From assembly GCA_963796105.1 (NCBI GenBank), contig CAWCKJ010000009.1:66950-130949 (forward strand): a stretch of DNA of 64,000 bases. The letters run 5' to 3'. Position numbers and translations under genes: made by a program. Positions 49,715-60,741 of this stretch are shown here, piece after piece. The stretch comes from a candidate division FCPU426 bacterium (GTDB taxonomy: Bacteria; Oederibacteriota; Muellerivitia; Muellerivitales; Muellerivitaceae). Every line of letters begins with the position of its first letter. Within the stretch, counting starts at the first letter, position 1. Below the pieces are notes generated by a model. It was not told where the DNA came from. It made no database searches and saw nothing but the letters and a program-made list of their open reading frames with translations.

Positions 49715-50137
49715 CTAACGGATCTTAACCATCGTGATTCCCGAATTGCTGCGGTTTAAATCCCGGTCGTTTTTCAATTCGGGATATTTTTGGAACCACT
49801 GAAGATAGGCGGGATGGGTCACTTTCCAATCATTTCCATGAATCCATTCCCTTAACAGGCCCTGCTTGCCCAGATCCGGCAAGACCCTCTTGACCGCCCT
49901 TTTGATCCCGCCGCCCTTTCCGGTACTTCCCCACCCGTGGATGACTTTCACGAATACCACACCCCGGCCCTTGGCGGAACTCAGCCCGGTGGTCAGCTTC
50001 CCCACCGCTTCCTCGCCGGTGGGAAAACCTTCCTCAAGATTGAGAATTTCCACCAATTTTTTCAAAGGATCTTCTTCTCGCTTAGAAGAAATAGTTTCAC
50101 ACCTGTCCAAAATAGACTTTAGCCACAGATGTGCCAA
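49715..50137 (-). CDS. Stand-alone Smr domain protein (start probably near KKLVEILNL)
   Basis: NLEEGFPT, VKVIHGWGSTGKGG, NSGITMV. Confidence 0.8.
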   Translation of the reverse strand: MAHLWLKSILDRCETISSKREEDPLKKLVEILNLEEGFPTGEEAVGKLTTGLSSAKGRGVVFVKVIHGWGSTGKGGGIKRAVKRVLPDLGKQGLLREWIHGNDWKVTHPAYLQWFQKYPELKNDRDLNRSNSGITMVKIR

Positions 50138-50420
50138 TCTGCCATGAAACTTATTAAGGAGATTGGTACGATACCAGCCCCCATATCAGCCTTATGGAGA
50201 GCTGGCATGCATGGGGATACATGGGATTTAAAAAACATAAGTTTAATGCCTATGTTCTATCCAAGTGCATCCCCTGAATCCGTGGCAAAGGGCTTGGTTT
50301 TGCTTAACGCCTTTTAGAATTTAAAACTTCTGATTTTATTTATCATTGTTCCTTGGTTTTTATTTAATTTGGACGGCAATGAAATAGTTTCAAGGGTAAA
50401 TCCACCGATTACAAATCCGT

Positions 50421-52202
50421 TTATTTTAAAACCACCGGCAGTTGGAGCCCTTCCTTGGTTAAACGCGCCGGGAGGGTCGTGGTCTTGGAATCCCGGGTCA
50501 CAGTCACCTCGTAATCCCCCAGGAATCCCCTTGTTTGATAGGAACCCTGATCGTCCGTCGTTCCATCGGCGTTGGTCCACCAGTCCTTCAGGACCAGGTC
50601 CTCATAGGCCTTGCCTGAGGGCTTTTCGGTCCAATCCTTGTGAAAAAGCGGCGCCTTGGCGTGCCAATGGGCTCCGTCCCAGAAACCCCACATCAAGAAT
50701 CCGTTCACCGAGAGATGGCTGAATATGGCGGTCATGAAATCCCTCAAGAACTGGGCGTCCAATGTTTCGTCCGTGATATCCGTGTCGTACTCCGTGATTT
50801 CCACCGGCAAACCATGGGCCCCGAGCTTGTCCAGGGTCTTCAGAAGGGCCGGAATGGACCAGGGTGAATTGCCCACGTGGCCCTGCAAGCCGATGCCTCC
50901 CAGGGGCGCTCCGGCCTTAAGAAGATATTCTATGATTTTGTCGTAAGCGTCCAGGTGGCCGGTGGAATCGGGGCTGGGATAATCGTTCACGAACAGGACG
51001 GCCTTCGGGTCCGCCTCACGGGCCGTCTTATACCAGGTGATCATGGCTTTTTCCCCCAACAGGTCGGTCAACTGGTGCTCCGGGACCGGTTCGTTGACCA
51101 CATCCCACTCCGCCAGCTGGCCTTTCATGGTTCCGCCCACGTCCTTGATCCGGCTTTCAATCTTATCCTCCAGGGCCTTGGGATCACCCGCCAGCGGCTT
51201 TACGTCGGGCGGTATATAACGCCAGGTACCCCAGACCATGTTGTGGCCCCTTACGTCGAACTTCCGTTGGGTAAGCCACTTCATCGCCCCTTCCACGTAT
51301 TCTCTTTTCCAGTAACCGCTGTTGGCGGCTCCCTCTTCCCAGGGACCCCATTTCAAGTCGTTCTCGAAAACCACCTTGTTGAACAGCCTCGCGACCTCTT
51401 TTTGGTAGCGGTCGTTGTCGATATCCTCCGTCGCCAGGTCCTTGGCCACTACCGCCGTGCCGAACCCGAACGCGTGGCGCTTCATGCGCACCGACACCTT
51501 CGCGCCCGGCAGGGGGTTTCCCTTTTCATCCTTCACTGTGACGGTCAAGCCGCCCTTGCGGATTTTCTCAATGCGGTCAAGCGCCTCCTTGCGCCAGGGC
51601 GCGTCAGGCTCCTCCCCCGCGTAGGTCAGTTTGGTCTGGGGAAGGTCCCCGATTTTCACCTGGGACCCATAGTTCGTCACCTTGAGGCCGGCCAGCTCGA
51701 AAACCTGGGGGTGGTATCCCATGCGGAAGCAAATGTGGGATTTCATCTCATCCCTGTCCTCCGCGATCGTGAAGGGAATGGAAAATTTCCTCCATTGGGG
51801 CCCGGCGGACAGGGTGTAACTGACGGATTTGGTCCAGGGGTCGCCCAGGCGCTCAAAGACGAACTCGCTGGAGGCCTCGCCGCTTTCAACGCTGGTCTCG
51901 ACTGCCCTCATCCAGAATTCAGCCAGGACCACGTCCCCGGCCTTCACCGCCACCGGAACCGGGGCCTCCGCCTGAACATCCCAAATATTGGTCGAAGCGG
52001 CCAGGGTCTTGAGCTTGAGGGCTTGCTGGAATGATTGCCCCTCCACGGGAACCATTTCAGCCGTTCCCTTGTCCTTGTTCGTAAGGTTTAAAACCTCGAT
52101 GCCCGGCTTGGAAAAAAGAGACTGGCCCCCGGGAGGGGCAGTCTGGGCCAGCAAGCCGGCGGGCAGCAATAGGATGAGGCAAGCCAGGAGTTTCTTGATC
52201 AT
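50421..52202 (-). CDS. GH10 endo-1,4-beta-xylanase with N-terminal CBM-like domain
   Basis: Signal peptide, ENDLKW, RGHNMVW, WDVVNEP (acid/base), GIGLQGH, ITEYD (nucleophile), WGFWD. Confidence 0.92.
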   Translation of the reverse strand: MIKKLLACLILLLPAGLLAQTAPPGGQSLFSKPGIEVLNLTNKDKGTAEMVPVEGQSFQQALKLKTLAASTNIWDVQAEAPVPVAVKAGDVVLAEFWMRAVETSVESGEASSEFVFERLGDPWTKSVSYTLSAGPQWRKFSIPFTIAEDRDEMKSHICFRMGYHPQVFELAGLKVTNYGSQVKIGDLPQTKLTYAGEEPDAPWRKEALDRIEKIRKGGLTVTVKDEKGNPLPGAKVSVRMKRHAFGFGTAVVAKDLATEDIDNDRYQKEVARLFNKVVFENDLKWGPWEEGAANSGYWKREYVEGAMKWLTQRKFDVRGHNMVWGTWRYIPPDVKPLAGDPKALEDKIESRIKDVGGTMKGQLAEWDVVNEPVPEHQLTDLLGEKAMITWYKTAREADPKAVLFVNDYPSPDSTGHLDAYDKIIEYLLKAGAPLGGIGLQGHVGNSPWSIPALLKTLDKLGAHGLPVEITEYDTDITDETLDAQFLRDFMTAIFSHLSVNGFLMWGFWDGAHWHAKAPLFHKDWTEKPSGKAYEDLVLKDWWTNADGTTDDQGSYQTRGFLGDYEVTVTRDSKTTTLPARLTKEGLQLPVVLK

Positions 52203-52384
52203 GAGGGTTGTTTCCTTTATGGTTTTGGATTTACCGTATTAGACCGCCTAGATCATAAGGCTTTACGCCGATAAATAAATTGAAAAATCAGCGCATGAGT
52301 CTCAGCGGGATTATGACGAAGGATAATTCATTTCGAAATCTTCCAGGGGAGAGGATGGATTGAATCAGGCGAGTATGAAAAAAA

Positions 52385-55333
52385 TTACTGAACGAGGATG
52401 ACCCTTTTCAACTTGTGATCGTTGGGTTCCACCAGGAAGATGATATAAACCCCGCTGGCGCAGGGGTTCCCATATTTATTGGTCCCATCCCATTGGTACG
52501 ACTGGCTGATGGGCGCGTTGAGGCGCTTCGAGTCCAAAGTTTTGATATTTTCACCCGCTGAATTGTAGATTCCCAGCTTGTAGTTTCCCGGATACTTGGT
52601 GGATTGCACCAATATGGAAACAGGGTCCGAAGGGCTGAAGATATTTTTGGAGACGAAAAAGATGTCGGTGAAGCCGGGAGTATGGGTAGGAGTGCAGGTA
52701 TTCCCCGGATATCCGCAGGGCGTGTCCGTGCTGGTTGGGGTGAAACTGGATGTGGAAGTCCGAGTCTGGGTCGGGGGGTGTGTCGGTGTAAAGGTCGGGG
52801 TAACTGTCGGCGTTAGGGTGAGGGTAGGGGAGTAGGTCACCGTGAGGGTAGGGGTAATCGTGGGAGTGTCCGTCACCGTGAATGTAAATGTGGCCGTCCT
52901 GGTTCGGGTCAAAGTGAGCGAAGCCGTCGGCGTGGAGGTGGGGGTGACAGTGAAGGTTTGTGTGCGGGTAAGGGTGGGAGTAAGGGTTGAAGTGACAGTA
53001 TGCGTGAGAAGCGGGGAGGTCGGTGTTGCTGTGGCCGTGGAAGCGGTGGATGCCTTTTTCCAAACTCCGCCCCCGAAAGTTCCCGCATAGTAGCTGCCGT
53101 TCCCGAAATTGACGTGCTGGATGGAGCCAAACGGCAGGTCGGTCACCCTGGCCCAGGTATTTCCGCCGTCCATGGTCTCGAACATGCCCTGGTTCTCCGT
53201 GCCGTAATAGACGTGGAGGGGGTTCGAGGGGTCAATGCTGGGGGCATAGCCGTAGGGAGTGTTGCCAGTTGGCCCGTTTTGCACGGGTGGGACCGGGATG
53301 TTCATTTGGGTCCAGTTGGTTCCGCCGTTGACGGTGCGGTACAAGCCCCCCTGCAATTCCTGGGAGTAAGTGAAGGAGGATGACCAAAAATCCTGGGCCG
53401 CCACGAAGATCGTGCTGGGGTTGGAGGGGTTGACGTCGAAATCCGTGGGGTAGTAAAGCGGCAGGCCGTTGGTGACGTTAGTGGCCAGGTTGCCCCAGGT
53501 GGTCCCCCCGTTTCCAGAGACGAAGATTCCGCCGGGATTGGCATAGCTGGATTGGCCGGACAGGAGGCAGTATAGATTCCCGCCCGCCAGTTTCAGGGAA
53601 TAGACGTTCATGTTGGTCCCGATTACCGGCTGGGCGGCGCAGGCTGTCCAATTGTTTCCTGTTGTGTCGGATTTATAAACGCCCTGCCCCCACATGGCCG
53701 CGTAGAAAATATTATTCACTGGGTCATAAACGATGGAGGTGGCCGGCGTGGAAGGCAGGCCCGTGGAGGATTTGGTCCAGGTTCCCCCATAATTGACGCT
53801 CTTGATCACCCCGCCTGACCCTGAACTTCCCAGGGGATAGGAATGGTCCAGGTCATGGAGGCTGGAAACCGCGGCGAAGACAGTGCCGGCGGTCGTATTG
53901 AAGGCCACATGATAGAAGGTTTCCGTCCAGCCCGAGGGGAAAGATCCGTCGTTGCGGCGGGCCGTATTGTGCCAGGTCGCCCCAGAGTCCGAGGAATAGC
54001 AGAAGCCGATGTCCGAGGCGCAGATGTAATGATACGCGGGGGTGTTGGGGTCGATAGCGTATTGGAAGACGCTGGTGACTTCCAGCCCCCGCGAGGACCA
54101 AGCCTGGGCCTGGGAAGGAGGCGGGGTCCCGGCGAAATTGGAATAGGCCTCCGTCCAGCTCACCCCTCCGTTGTCGCTCAGAAAAGTCTCGCCCAGGTCG
54201 CTGAACATGACCTGGCTGGAATCGGCGGAATTCACCCCCAGCCCGTCCACGGGCAATCCCCATCCGGAGAAGCTCAGGTCGAAATCGATCCACCCGTCGA
54301 ATAGGTTGGCCACGGGCGAAACATCCGAGAAAACGGGGGCCCAGGAGACCCCTCCATTGGTGGACTGCCAGATGACCCGGCTGTTGGTGTTTGTGGCATA
54401 GGCGGTGGTGGTGTCGTTGTCCGATCCCGCCACCATGGCGAAGTTATCAGCCGAGCTGGAGAGGGTCCAGGAAACGGCGTTGGTGGAGGTGTATATCCCT
54501 TTGGCATCGATGGCAAAAAGCCTTGTTCCGCCGGAAGCGCCAGTACTGGCCCCCGTGAAGCTCAACACGTTGGCCGGGGTGGGCAAACCCGTATTGGCGG
54601 CGGTCCATGTGCTACCCCCGTCCGCCGACTTGAAAACTCCGGCGGAGGTGCCAGCGTAGCAGGTACGGTTGGTCACGGGACTGGACTGGTCCACCATGAA
54701 CCCGCTCACGTACCCGGAAGAGCCGGTGGTGGCGGAGAAGCTGGCCCCCCCGTTGGTGCTGCGCCAGATCCCGTTGTCCGTCCCGATCAGGATGAAATTG
54801 GCATTTCCCCGATCAAGGTAGATCATCGTGACCCTTCCCCCAGTGACTCCCCAAGCGGGCCAGGGGGCCGGATTGGCCCCTGCCACGACGGACCAGGTCT
54901 GTCCCCCGTCGCTGCTCACCAGAAGGTTGGGAGAGTTGTCCTGTGTGTCCTGCTGGGCCCCGAAGCCGTAAACGACATTGGCGTTCGTGGGATGGAAGGC
55001 CATGGGACACATGACCCCGTTGTTGTGGTTGTAATCCACCTTGGTGCTGATTTGAAAGAAATCCAGCATGTTCCAGGTGTTGCCGCCGTCCGTGCTCCTG
55101 TACCAGCCCGACATGTCACAGCCCACGAACCGCAGGTTGGAATTGAGGGGAGAGATGGAAGGGGCGTATTGGGCCCCGCCGCCGCCCATTCCCACCGGGG
55201 TCCAAGCGCCCAGAAGGGGAAAGGGCCGTGTGAAGGGAAGAAGAAAGGCAAACACGAGAAAAGCCAAAAGCCTTCCCGAAAATAGGCCTTTTTCCTTTTT
55301 ATTCTTCTCGAACAAGGATGGTTTGTGGCTCAA
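52385..55333 (-). CDS. Secreted GH74-like/BNR-repeat beta-propeller with Thr/Pro linker and FlgD-Ig/T9SS-CTD-like tail
   Basis: Signal peptide; many Asp-box repeats (STDGGNTW, SSDGGQTW); CDMSGWYRS and SDIGF resemble the two GH74 catalytic Asp motifs; TPT linker; IYNSAGENIKTL..WDGTNKYG...SGVY tail. Confidence 0.8.
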   Translation of the reverse strand: MSHKPSLFEKNKKEKGLFSGRLLAFLVFAFLLPFTRPFPLLGAWTPVGMGGGGAQYAPSISPLNSNLRFVGCDMSGWYRSTDGGNTWNMLDFFQISTKVDYNHNNGVMCPMAFHPTNANVVYGFGAQQDTQDNSPNLLVSSDGGQTWSVVAGANPAPWPAWGVTGGRVTMIYLDRGNANFILIGTDNGIWRSTNGGASFSATTGSSGYVSGFMVDQSSPVTNRTCYAGTSAGVFKSADGGSTWTAANTGLPTPANVLSFTGASTGASGGTRLFAIDAKGIYTSTNAVSWTLSSSADNFAMVAGSDNDTTTAYATNTNSRVIWQSTNGGVSWAPVFSDVSPVANLFDGWIDFDLSFSGWGLPVDGLGVNSADSSQVMFSDLGETFLSDNGGVSWTEAYSNFAGTPPPSQAQAWSSRGLEVTSVFQYAIDPNTPAYHYICASDIGFCYSSDSGATWHNTARRNDGSFPSGWTETFYHVAFNTTAGTVFAAVSSLHDLDHSYPLGSSGSGGVIKSVNYGGTWTKSSTGLPSTPATSIVYDPVNNIFYAAMWGQGVYKSDTTGNNWTACAAQPVIGTNMNVYSLKLAGGNLYCLLSGQSSYANPGGIFVSGNGGTTWGNLATNVTNGLPLYYPTDFDVNPSNPSTIFVAAQDFWSSSFTYSQELQGGLYRTVNGGTNWTQMNIPVPPVQNGPTGNTPYGYAPSIDPSNPLHVYYGTENQGMFETMDGGNTWARVTDLPFGSIQHVNFGNGSYYAGTFGGGVWKKASTASTATATPTSPLLTHTVTSTLTPTLTRTQTFTVTPTSTPTASLTLTRTRTATFTFTVTDTPTITPTLTVTYSPTLTLTPTVTPTFTPTHPPTQTRTSTSSFTPTSTDTPCGYPGNTCTPTHTPGFTDIFFVSKNIFSPSDPVSILVQSTKYPGNYKLGIYNSAGENIKTLDSKRLNAPISQSYQWDGTNKYGNPCASGVYIIFLVEPNDHKLKRVILVQ

Positions 55334-55427
55334 AAAGCCCGCCTTGAACTGGTATGGAGGCGTAGGTCAATTAACATTATACTAGAGGTCTTATTTTATC
55401 CCCGGGACCCCTGACCGGATAACCGCC

Positions 55428-55613
55428 TTACTTCAAATGGTTGATTTTGGTCTCGATGTATTTAATGCTGTTGTGAATCGTGTTCAAATCCGGCGCCCAC
55501 GAGATAACCGCCCCGCAATCGGAGCAATAAATAAAATACCCGTTATTCCCGTTCTGCTGGTTGCTGTAAGTCGAGAAATTTGTTTTTTTACTTCTCGGAC
55601 AATTCGGCGTCAT
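55428..55613 (-). CDS. Small zinc-ribbon-like hypothetical protein
   Basis: MTPNCPRS...IYCSDCGAVISW followed by a short coiled coil; GGGG upstream of the ATG. Confidence 0.5.
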   Translation of the reverse strand: MTPNCPRSKKTNFSTYSNQQNGNNGYFIYCSDCGAVISWAPDLNTIHNSIKYIETKINHLK

Positions 55614-56082
55614 GTTTGGCCCCCGTTTGGAATTATTTAATGATAAGCAGCTGCCATTCATCATAGTCCAAAGCCCGCAACAATGATTCATCCAATGAAC
55701 ACTTCGGAAAAGAGTAAATTCCCGGTTTTATTTAGGATTGGCGGGTGATTTCCAGTGATAAGAGGGATTCTAAAACCTTCAGGTTGTTATCCAAGCGGGG
55801 ATAGTTGCCCCCGCCATGCCGCGGCCCAGGATGAAGGGAGTAATGATCATAGGTTTCACCTTCTCGAATTGTTCGGAAGTTTGTCGCGGGGTTCCCGCCA
55901 GCCCAAGGGAATTATAGGGTGAGCCGCGGCAAGGCGGCAGGAAACTTTTCAATCATAAAGTGCGGCCAGGAATGTGAATGGAGGTTAGTTGCGGCCAAAC
56001 CCAAGGAAGGGGCGGAATTGAAAAGGGCTGTCCGGCCAAACCAGGAAAGCCCTGGATGAAGCCTGCTCTTGGGCGGTACCGA

Positions 56083-59000
56083 TTACCGCAAGATGAGCAG
56101 TTTCGCGATCGATCGGCCCTGGGCCGTTTGTATGACGACGTAATAGACGCCGCTGGCCAAGGGTTTGTTCCATGCGTCCACCAAAGGAACGGAAACTAGC
56201 CCCCAGGCCATGGGGGGATAATTCTTTTCCAGCACCTTCCGGAAAGCCAGGGTGAAGATTTGCACTTTCACCGGTGATAGGCCCGTGTAGGCCGGAGGCA
56301 AGACCCTCGCGGGGCTTGTTCCATCGGACGGGTTCGGATAGACGCAGGGCTTTTTGTTCGGGACCTGTGTTTGAGTCGGAGTGCTTGTCCAATAAGCCGT
56401 GAAGGTGTGAGTAGGCGTCAAAGTTGGCGAGGCGGTGAATGTGAAAGTAGGCGTCATAGAAGGCGTAGAGGTGTTCGTGGGTGTATTTGTGGGCGATTGG
56501 GTTCCGGTGTAGGTATTGGTGAAGGTGTATGTCGGAGTCGGGGTATTGGTGCTGGTATAAGTACTGGTGTTTGATGAAGTCGCCGTGAATGTGTTCGTCG
56601 GCGTAGGGGTGGATGTATTCGTCGGAGTGCTCGTGAATGTGTACGTCGCGGTGCTCGTGGGGGTAGCTGTCCGGGTCGATGTGGAGGTATAGGTTGAGGT
56701 AATAGTCGGCGTATTCGTCGGAACAGGTGAACCAGTGTTCGTATAAGTCACGGTAGGGGTGATCGTCGATGTGGATGTAACAATCGCAGTGGGTGTTTGC
56801 GTCGGCGTATTCGTCCAGGTATCAGTCGAAGTCGGGGTCCTTGTGGCGGTAGGTGTTACCGTCAAGGTATCCGTGAACGTGCTCGTGAAGGTGGAAGTGT
56901 AAGTGGGAGTAGAGGTCCGGCTCGACGTGGAAGTGTTGGTAAAGGTATTGGTTGTTGTCGGAGTCGGCGTAAAAGTCGGTGTGTTTGTCATTGTATGCGT
57001 GGAAGTACGTGTCGGCGTAGGGGTGAAAGTAGGCGTGATCGTCAGCGTATTCGTGGGAACAGGCGAGCCAGTGCTGGTATTGGTGACGGTAGGAGTGATG
57101 GTCGGCGTGGGGGTCGCTGTCGCCGTGGGGGTGGCGGTCGGAGTGTTCGTCTTGGTGAAAGTCGGGGTGCTTGTGGGCGTGAAAGTCGGGGAGCTGGTGT
57201 TGGTGGGGGTGGAGGTCCTGGTCGGCGTTGAAGTGTTGGTGGAGGTGTTTGTGAGGGTGAAAGTGGACGTTTGAGTCGGGGTAAAGGTCAGGGTATGGGT
57301 GGCGGTATTCGTCGGAGTGCTCGAGAAGGTGTTCGTCGCGGTGCTCGTGGAGGTGGCTGTCCGGGTCGGCGTGGCTGTACCGGTCGCCGTCGGCGAAGCC
57401 GTGGGCGAAGCGGTGGGGGTAACCGTGTCGGTCACAGTGGCCGTTGGCGTCATCGAAGCCGTGGGAGTGTTCGTCCGCGTTGGCGTATGGGTATAGGTGG
57501 ATGTAATAGTAGGGGTATTCGTGGGCACAGGCGAACCTGTGCTTGTATTGGTCACGGTAGGGGTGATGGTCGGAGTGGGCGTTGGTGTCGCCGTGGGCGT
57601 GGCTGTCCGGGTGGGCGTGGGAGTTCCAGTCGCCGAAGGTGAAGATGTGAAGGACGCCGTAGGGGTCATTGAGGCCGTGGGGGTGTTCGTGCGCGTGGGC
57701 GTCAATGTGGGCGAAGCTGTATTGGTGGGTGTGCTGGTTTGGGTGCTGGTCGCCGTGGCTGTAGCGGTCAGGGTGGGAGTATTCGTCCTGGTCGCGGTCA
57801 GAGTCGGTGTCGCGGAATAGGTGGGGGTATTGCTTTGGGTCACCGTGGAAGTCGCCGTAGCGGTGTTGGTGGGAGTATTCGTCCGGGTGGGTGTCGTTGT
57901 GGCGGTAGCCGTATTGGTTTGTGTATTAGTGGGTGTATTCGTCCTGGTCGCGGTTAAAGTCGGTGTCGCGGAATAGGTGGGGGTGTTGCTTTGGGTCGCA
58001 GTGGAAGTCGACGTAGCGGTGTTGGTGGGGGTATTCGTCTTGGTGGGTGTCGTTGTGGCTGTGGCCGTATTGGTTTGTGTATTGGTGGGTGTATTCGTTC
58101 TTGTCGCGGTCAGAGTCGATGTCGCGGAATAGGTGGGGGTATTGCTTTGGGTCGCCGTGGAAGTCGCCGTTGGTGTATTCGTGAGGGTATTCGTCTTGGT
58201 GGGCGTCGTGGTGGCAGTGGCCGTATTGGTTTGCGTATTGGTGGGGGTATTCGTCCTTGTCGCGGTCAGAGTCGGTGTCGCGGAATAGGTGGGGGTATTG
58301 CTTTGGGTCGCAGTGGAAGTCGACGTAGCGGTGTTGGTGGGGGTATTCGTCTTGGTGGGCGTCGTTGTGGCCGTGGCCGTATTGGTTTGCGTATTGGTGG
58401 GTGTGTTCGTCCTGGTTGGAGTCAAGGTAGGAGTGGCTGTATACGTGGGCGTGTTGGTTTGGGTAGCGGTCGGGGTAGAGGTGGGTGAATTGGTCCTGGT
58501 GGGTGTCAAAGTGGCTGTCGCCGTGTTAGTGGAAGTGTTCGTCGGGGTATTTGTCCTAGTGGCTGTCGGTGTTGAGGTGACGGTGTTCGTGGGGGTAGGG
58601 GTCGGGGTATTGGTTCTGGTCGGGGAGTTGGTCGGGCTATTGGTGGGTGTGTTTGAGCGGGTGGCGGTCGGTGAAAACGTAAAGGTAAAGGTGGGAGTAT
58701 TCGTCCGGGTGGGGGTAATGGTGTAAGTATAGGTGTAGGTGAAAGTACGGGTGGGAGTGTTCGTATTCGCGGGCGTCGAATTGCAACCGGGAACCTGCCC
58801 GCTAGTCGATGGATTTCCCGGAGGGGCCGCTTCCGCTGGTGAATAACTGCTGCAATTAACCCCAATTGTGACTGGAGTGGTCGATTCCCAAGTTGTGATT
58901 TGAAAGTATTCCGTTCCCGAATAGGCGCTGCTGCCATACCAAAAGTTCGGGAGACTGCTTCCGGTATCCCGGCTGAGCGAAGTAAAAGGTCCGCCTGAAC

Positions 59001-59730
59001 TCGAACCATAAGCCACAGACTTTATCGGAATAATTGCGTCCAGGAACATAAGCGGGTTCCACCCGCTAGAGGAGCTGTTGGCCCATTCATAGGCGATATT
59101 GCCAGTCGTGTTGTCAAAGGAAACAGCAGCTTGCCCGGTTAAAGGGCATTGAACAAAATACCACTCCACTGTCGAATTATCCCGGCCGCTTTGGTCAGTG
59201 TTACTTGGGAAACTGGCATTGTTTGATAAGTAGTTGTACGCCGTCTGGGAAAGGTCCAAGTGATATGACCCGTTCCAGCAGTTATTAAGGTTAACCCCTC
59301 CCACCGGGCATTCATCCACAATCATGACAGTGCATGCCCTGGCATTCGAAGTGTTCGTTAAAGCAGCGCAGGCGCCGCACACCACGCCTCCCTTACCGCC
59401 TCCGTTACCACCCGACGCTGAAGTGTCCCCGAAGTCATAGCTGTCAATGGCCGCGAAGTAATTCGGGTCGTAGGTGCCGACGGGGTAACCGCAAGCGCTG
59501 AGAGTCGGTTGGGTGAAATATGTCGGCTGGTTCTCCTGGTAGATTATTCGCGTGTCACTGGGGCAAAACTGAGGGGTTGCTATAAGGGTCGGAATCGCGA
59601 TCGCGGAAGTGGACGCGGTGTAGATCGTCTGCGCGAACATAAACGTTAAGCTGCTCATCCAAATCACGATAGAAAATAGGGCAAGCGCCCAATTTCGAAG
59701 ACGAAAACCGCTTTGGAAAACCGTTTTCAT
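56083..59730 (-). CDS. Secreted expansin-like protein with ~800-aa Thr-x repeat stalk and T9SS-CTD-like tail
   Basis: Signal peptide; DPBB domain ([26 protein letters not shown]); aromatic D2/CBM63-like domain; T-x repeats; VYPNP...[16 protein letters not shown]. Confidence 0.85.
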   Translation of the reverse strand: MKTVFQSGFRLRNWALALFSIVIWMSSLTFMFAQTIYTASTSAIAIPTLIATPQFCPSDTRIIYQENQPTYFTQPTLSACGYPVGTYDPNYFAAIDSYDFGDTSASGGNGGGKGGVVCGACAALTNTSNARACTVMIVDECPVGGVNLNNCWNGSYHLDLSQTAYNYLSNNASFPSNTDQSGRDNSTVEWYFVQCPLTGQAAVSFDNTTGNIAYEWANSSSSGWNPLMFLDAIIPIKSVAYGSSSGGPFTSLSRDTGSSLPNFWYGSSAYSGTEYFQITTWESTTPVTIGVNCSSYSPAEAAPPGNPSTSGQVPGCNSTPANTNTPTRTFTYTYTYTITPTRTNTPTFTFTFSPTATRSNTPTNSPTNSPTRTNTPTPTPTNTVTSTPTATRTNTPTNTSTNTATATLTPTRTNSPTSTPTATQTNTPTYTATPTLTPTRTNTPTNTQTNTATATTTPTKTNTPTNTATSTSTATQSNTPTYSATPTLTATRTNTPTNTQTNTATATTTPTKTNTLTNTPTATSTATQSNTPTYSATSTLTATRTNTPTNTQTNTATATTTPTKTNTPTNTATSTSTATQSNTPTYSATPTLTATRTNTPTNTQTNTATATTTPTRTNTPTNTATATSTVTQSNTPTYSATPTLTATRTNTPTLTATATATSTQTSTPTNTASPTLTPTRTNTPTASMTPTASFTSSPSATGTPTPTRTATPTATPTPTPTITPTVTNTSTGSPVPTNTPTITSTYTHTPTRTNTPTASMTPTATVTDTVTPTASPTASPTATGTATPTRTATSTSTATNTFSSTPTNTATHTLTFTPTQTSTFTLTNTSTNTSTPTRTSTPTNTSSPTFTPTSTPTFTKTNTPTATPTATATPTPTITPTVTNTSTGSPVPTNTLTITPTFTPTPTRTSTHTMTNTPTFTPTPTTTNTFTNTSTSSRTSTPTYTSTFTSTFTDTLTVTPTATRTPTSTDTWTNTPTQTPTAIVTSTSTITPTVTYTNTGSPVPTNTPTITSTYTSTSTRTATPTSTATYTFTSTPTNTSTPTPTNTFTATSSNTSTYTSTNTPTPTYTFTNTYTGTQSPTNTPTNTSTPSMTPTFTFTASPTLTPTHTFTAYWTSTPTQTQVPNKKPCVYPNPSDGTSPARVLPPAYTGLSPVKVQIFTLAFRKVLEKNYPPMAWGLVSVPLVDAWNKPLASGVYYVVIQTAQGRSIAKLLILR
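57770..58420 (-). repeat. Intragenic 156-bp (52-aa) tandem repeat, about 4 copies
   Basis: GTCGCGGAATAGGTGGGGGT recurs at 57809, 57965, 58121 and 58277; unit [52 protein letters not shown]. Boundaries approximate. Confidence 0.9.
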
Positions 59731-59755
59731 AACTCTTGTTTCATTTATATTTTTC

Positions 59756-60741
59756 CATGCTTCTGTATTAAGTGACCCTTGAAATAAAGGAATACATAGG
59801 TATACTGTCCGCTACGGGAGGTGGTACATGAGCTACCAGCGGATGAAAAGCATTAAAATTCTGAGGAAAATCCACACGGAAGAAGAAGCCCGCCAATGGG
59901 TGTGGAGATGCCGTTTCGGCGGGAAAGACTTTGTTTGTCCCCAATGTGAGGGCGAAAGCTTCTGGCAACACCAGGCCAAGCCTGAAGTGAGGGAATGTGA
60001 CTATTGCCGGAAACGTCTTCGGCTTCGCGCCGGGACGATTTTTGAAAGCTCCAAGCTGCCTCTTTTAACCTGGGTCAGGGCCATCAGTTTGATGATGCAG
60101 GGCAAACGGGGTATTTCGGCCCTGGAACTGAAGCGGCATTTAAATCTTTCGGATCATTCGGCATGGCTTCTATTGCATAAGATCCGGGAAGGTCTTAGGC
60201 AAAAGGACGAAAGCTATACTCTAAAGGGCGTCATTGAGTTGGATGGGGCGGTTTTTGGGAAAAAGGCCAAGGAAAACCAAGTGGAAGTCTTGGTGGCGGT
60301 GGAAAGCAAGGAATGGGTGGATGAGAATGGTTGCAAGAAGGAAAAAGCGGGTTTTGCCAAGGTGAAGGTAGCTATGGAAACCAAGTGGGAGAGCCAGGAA
60401 TTCGTGAATCAGACTATGGAAAAAGGCTCTTTCCTCAACACAGATGCTTCGCCAGCCTTGCGTGAACTCAAAGGAGTGGAGGCAGACTACCGGGTGATGG
60501 CCAATGACCCGAAAGAGTTGGAAAGTTGGTTGCCCTGGGTACACCGGTTCATTTCCAACGCCAAGGCCTGGATCATTGGAACTCATCATGGCGTTGATGC
60601 TAAGTATTTAGGCCGGTATCTAAGTGAATATGCCTATCGGTTCAACCGTCGTCATGATCCCGATTCCTTATTTCACCGTGCTTTGACCGCATGTGCCTTA
60701 GCAAAACCCATTACAGCACGGTCACTTTGTGCATAAGCATA
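59756..60741 (+). mobile_element. IS1595-family insertion sequence, second related type (986 bp)
   Basis: IRs CATGCTTCTGTATTAAGTGACC / TATGCTTATGCACAAAGTGACC; 8-bp target duplication TATTTTTC at 59748-59755 and 60742-60749. Confidence 0.93.
59828..60736 (+). CDS. IS1595-family transposase
   Basis: Zn ribbon CPQC..CDYC, RLRAGTIF, KRGISALEL, IELDG, NTDAS, WVHRFISNAK..GTHHGV, YLSEY.YRFNRR. Confidence 0.93.
   Translation: MSYQRMKSIKILRKIHTEEEARQWVWRCRFGGKDFVCPQCEGESFWQHQAKPEVRECDYCRKRLRLRAGTIFESSKLPLLTWVRAISLMMQGKRGISALELKRHLNLSDHSAWLLLHKIREGLRQKDESYTLKGVIELDGAVFGKKAKENQVEVLVAVESKEWVDENGCKKEKAGFAKVKVAMETKWESQEFVNQTMEKGSFLNTDASPALRELKGVEADYRVMANDPKELESWLPWVHRFISNAKAWIIGTHHGVDAKYLGRYLSEYAYRFNRRHDPDSLFHRALTACALAKPITARSLCA

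Noticed and set aside
57770..58420. CRISPR-like array
   Set aside because: The 156-bp units are in-frame coding repeats with no unique spacers; no cas genes are present.
56371..58726. Val/Gly- and Arg/Gly-rich plus-strand ORFs
   Set aside because: Antisense shadows of the Thr-x repeat.
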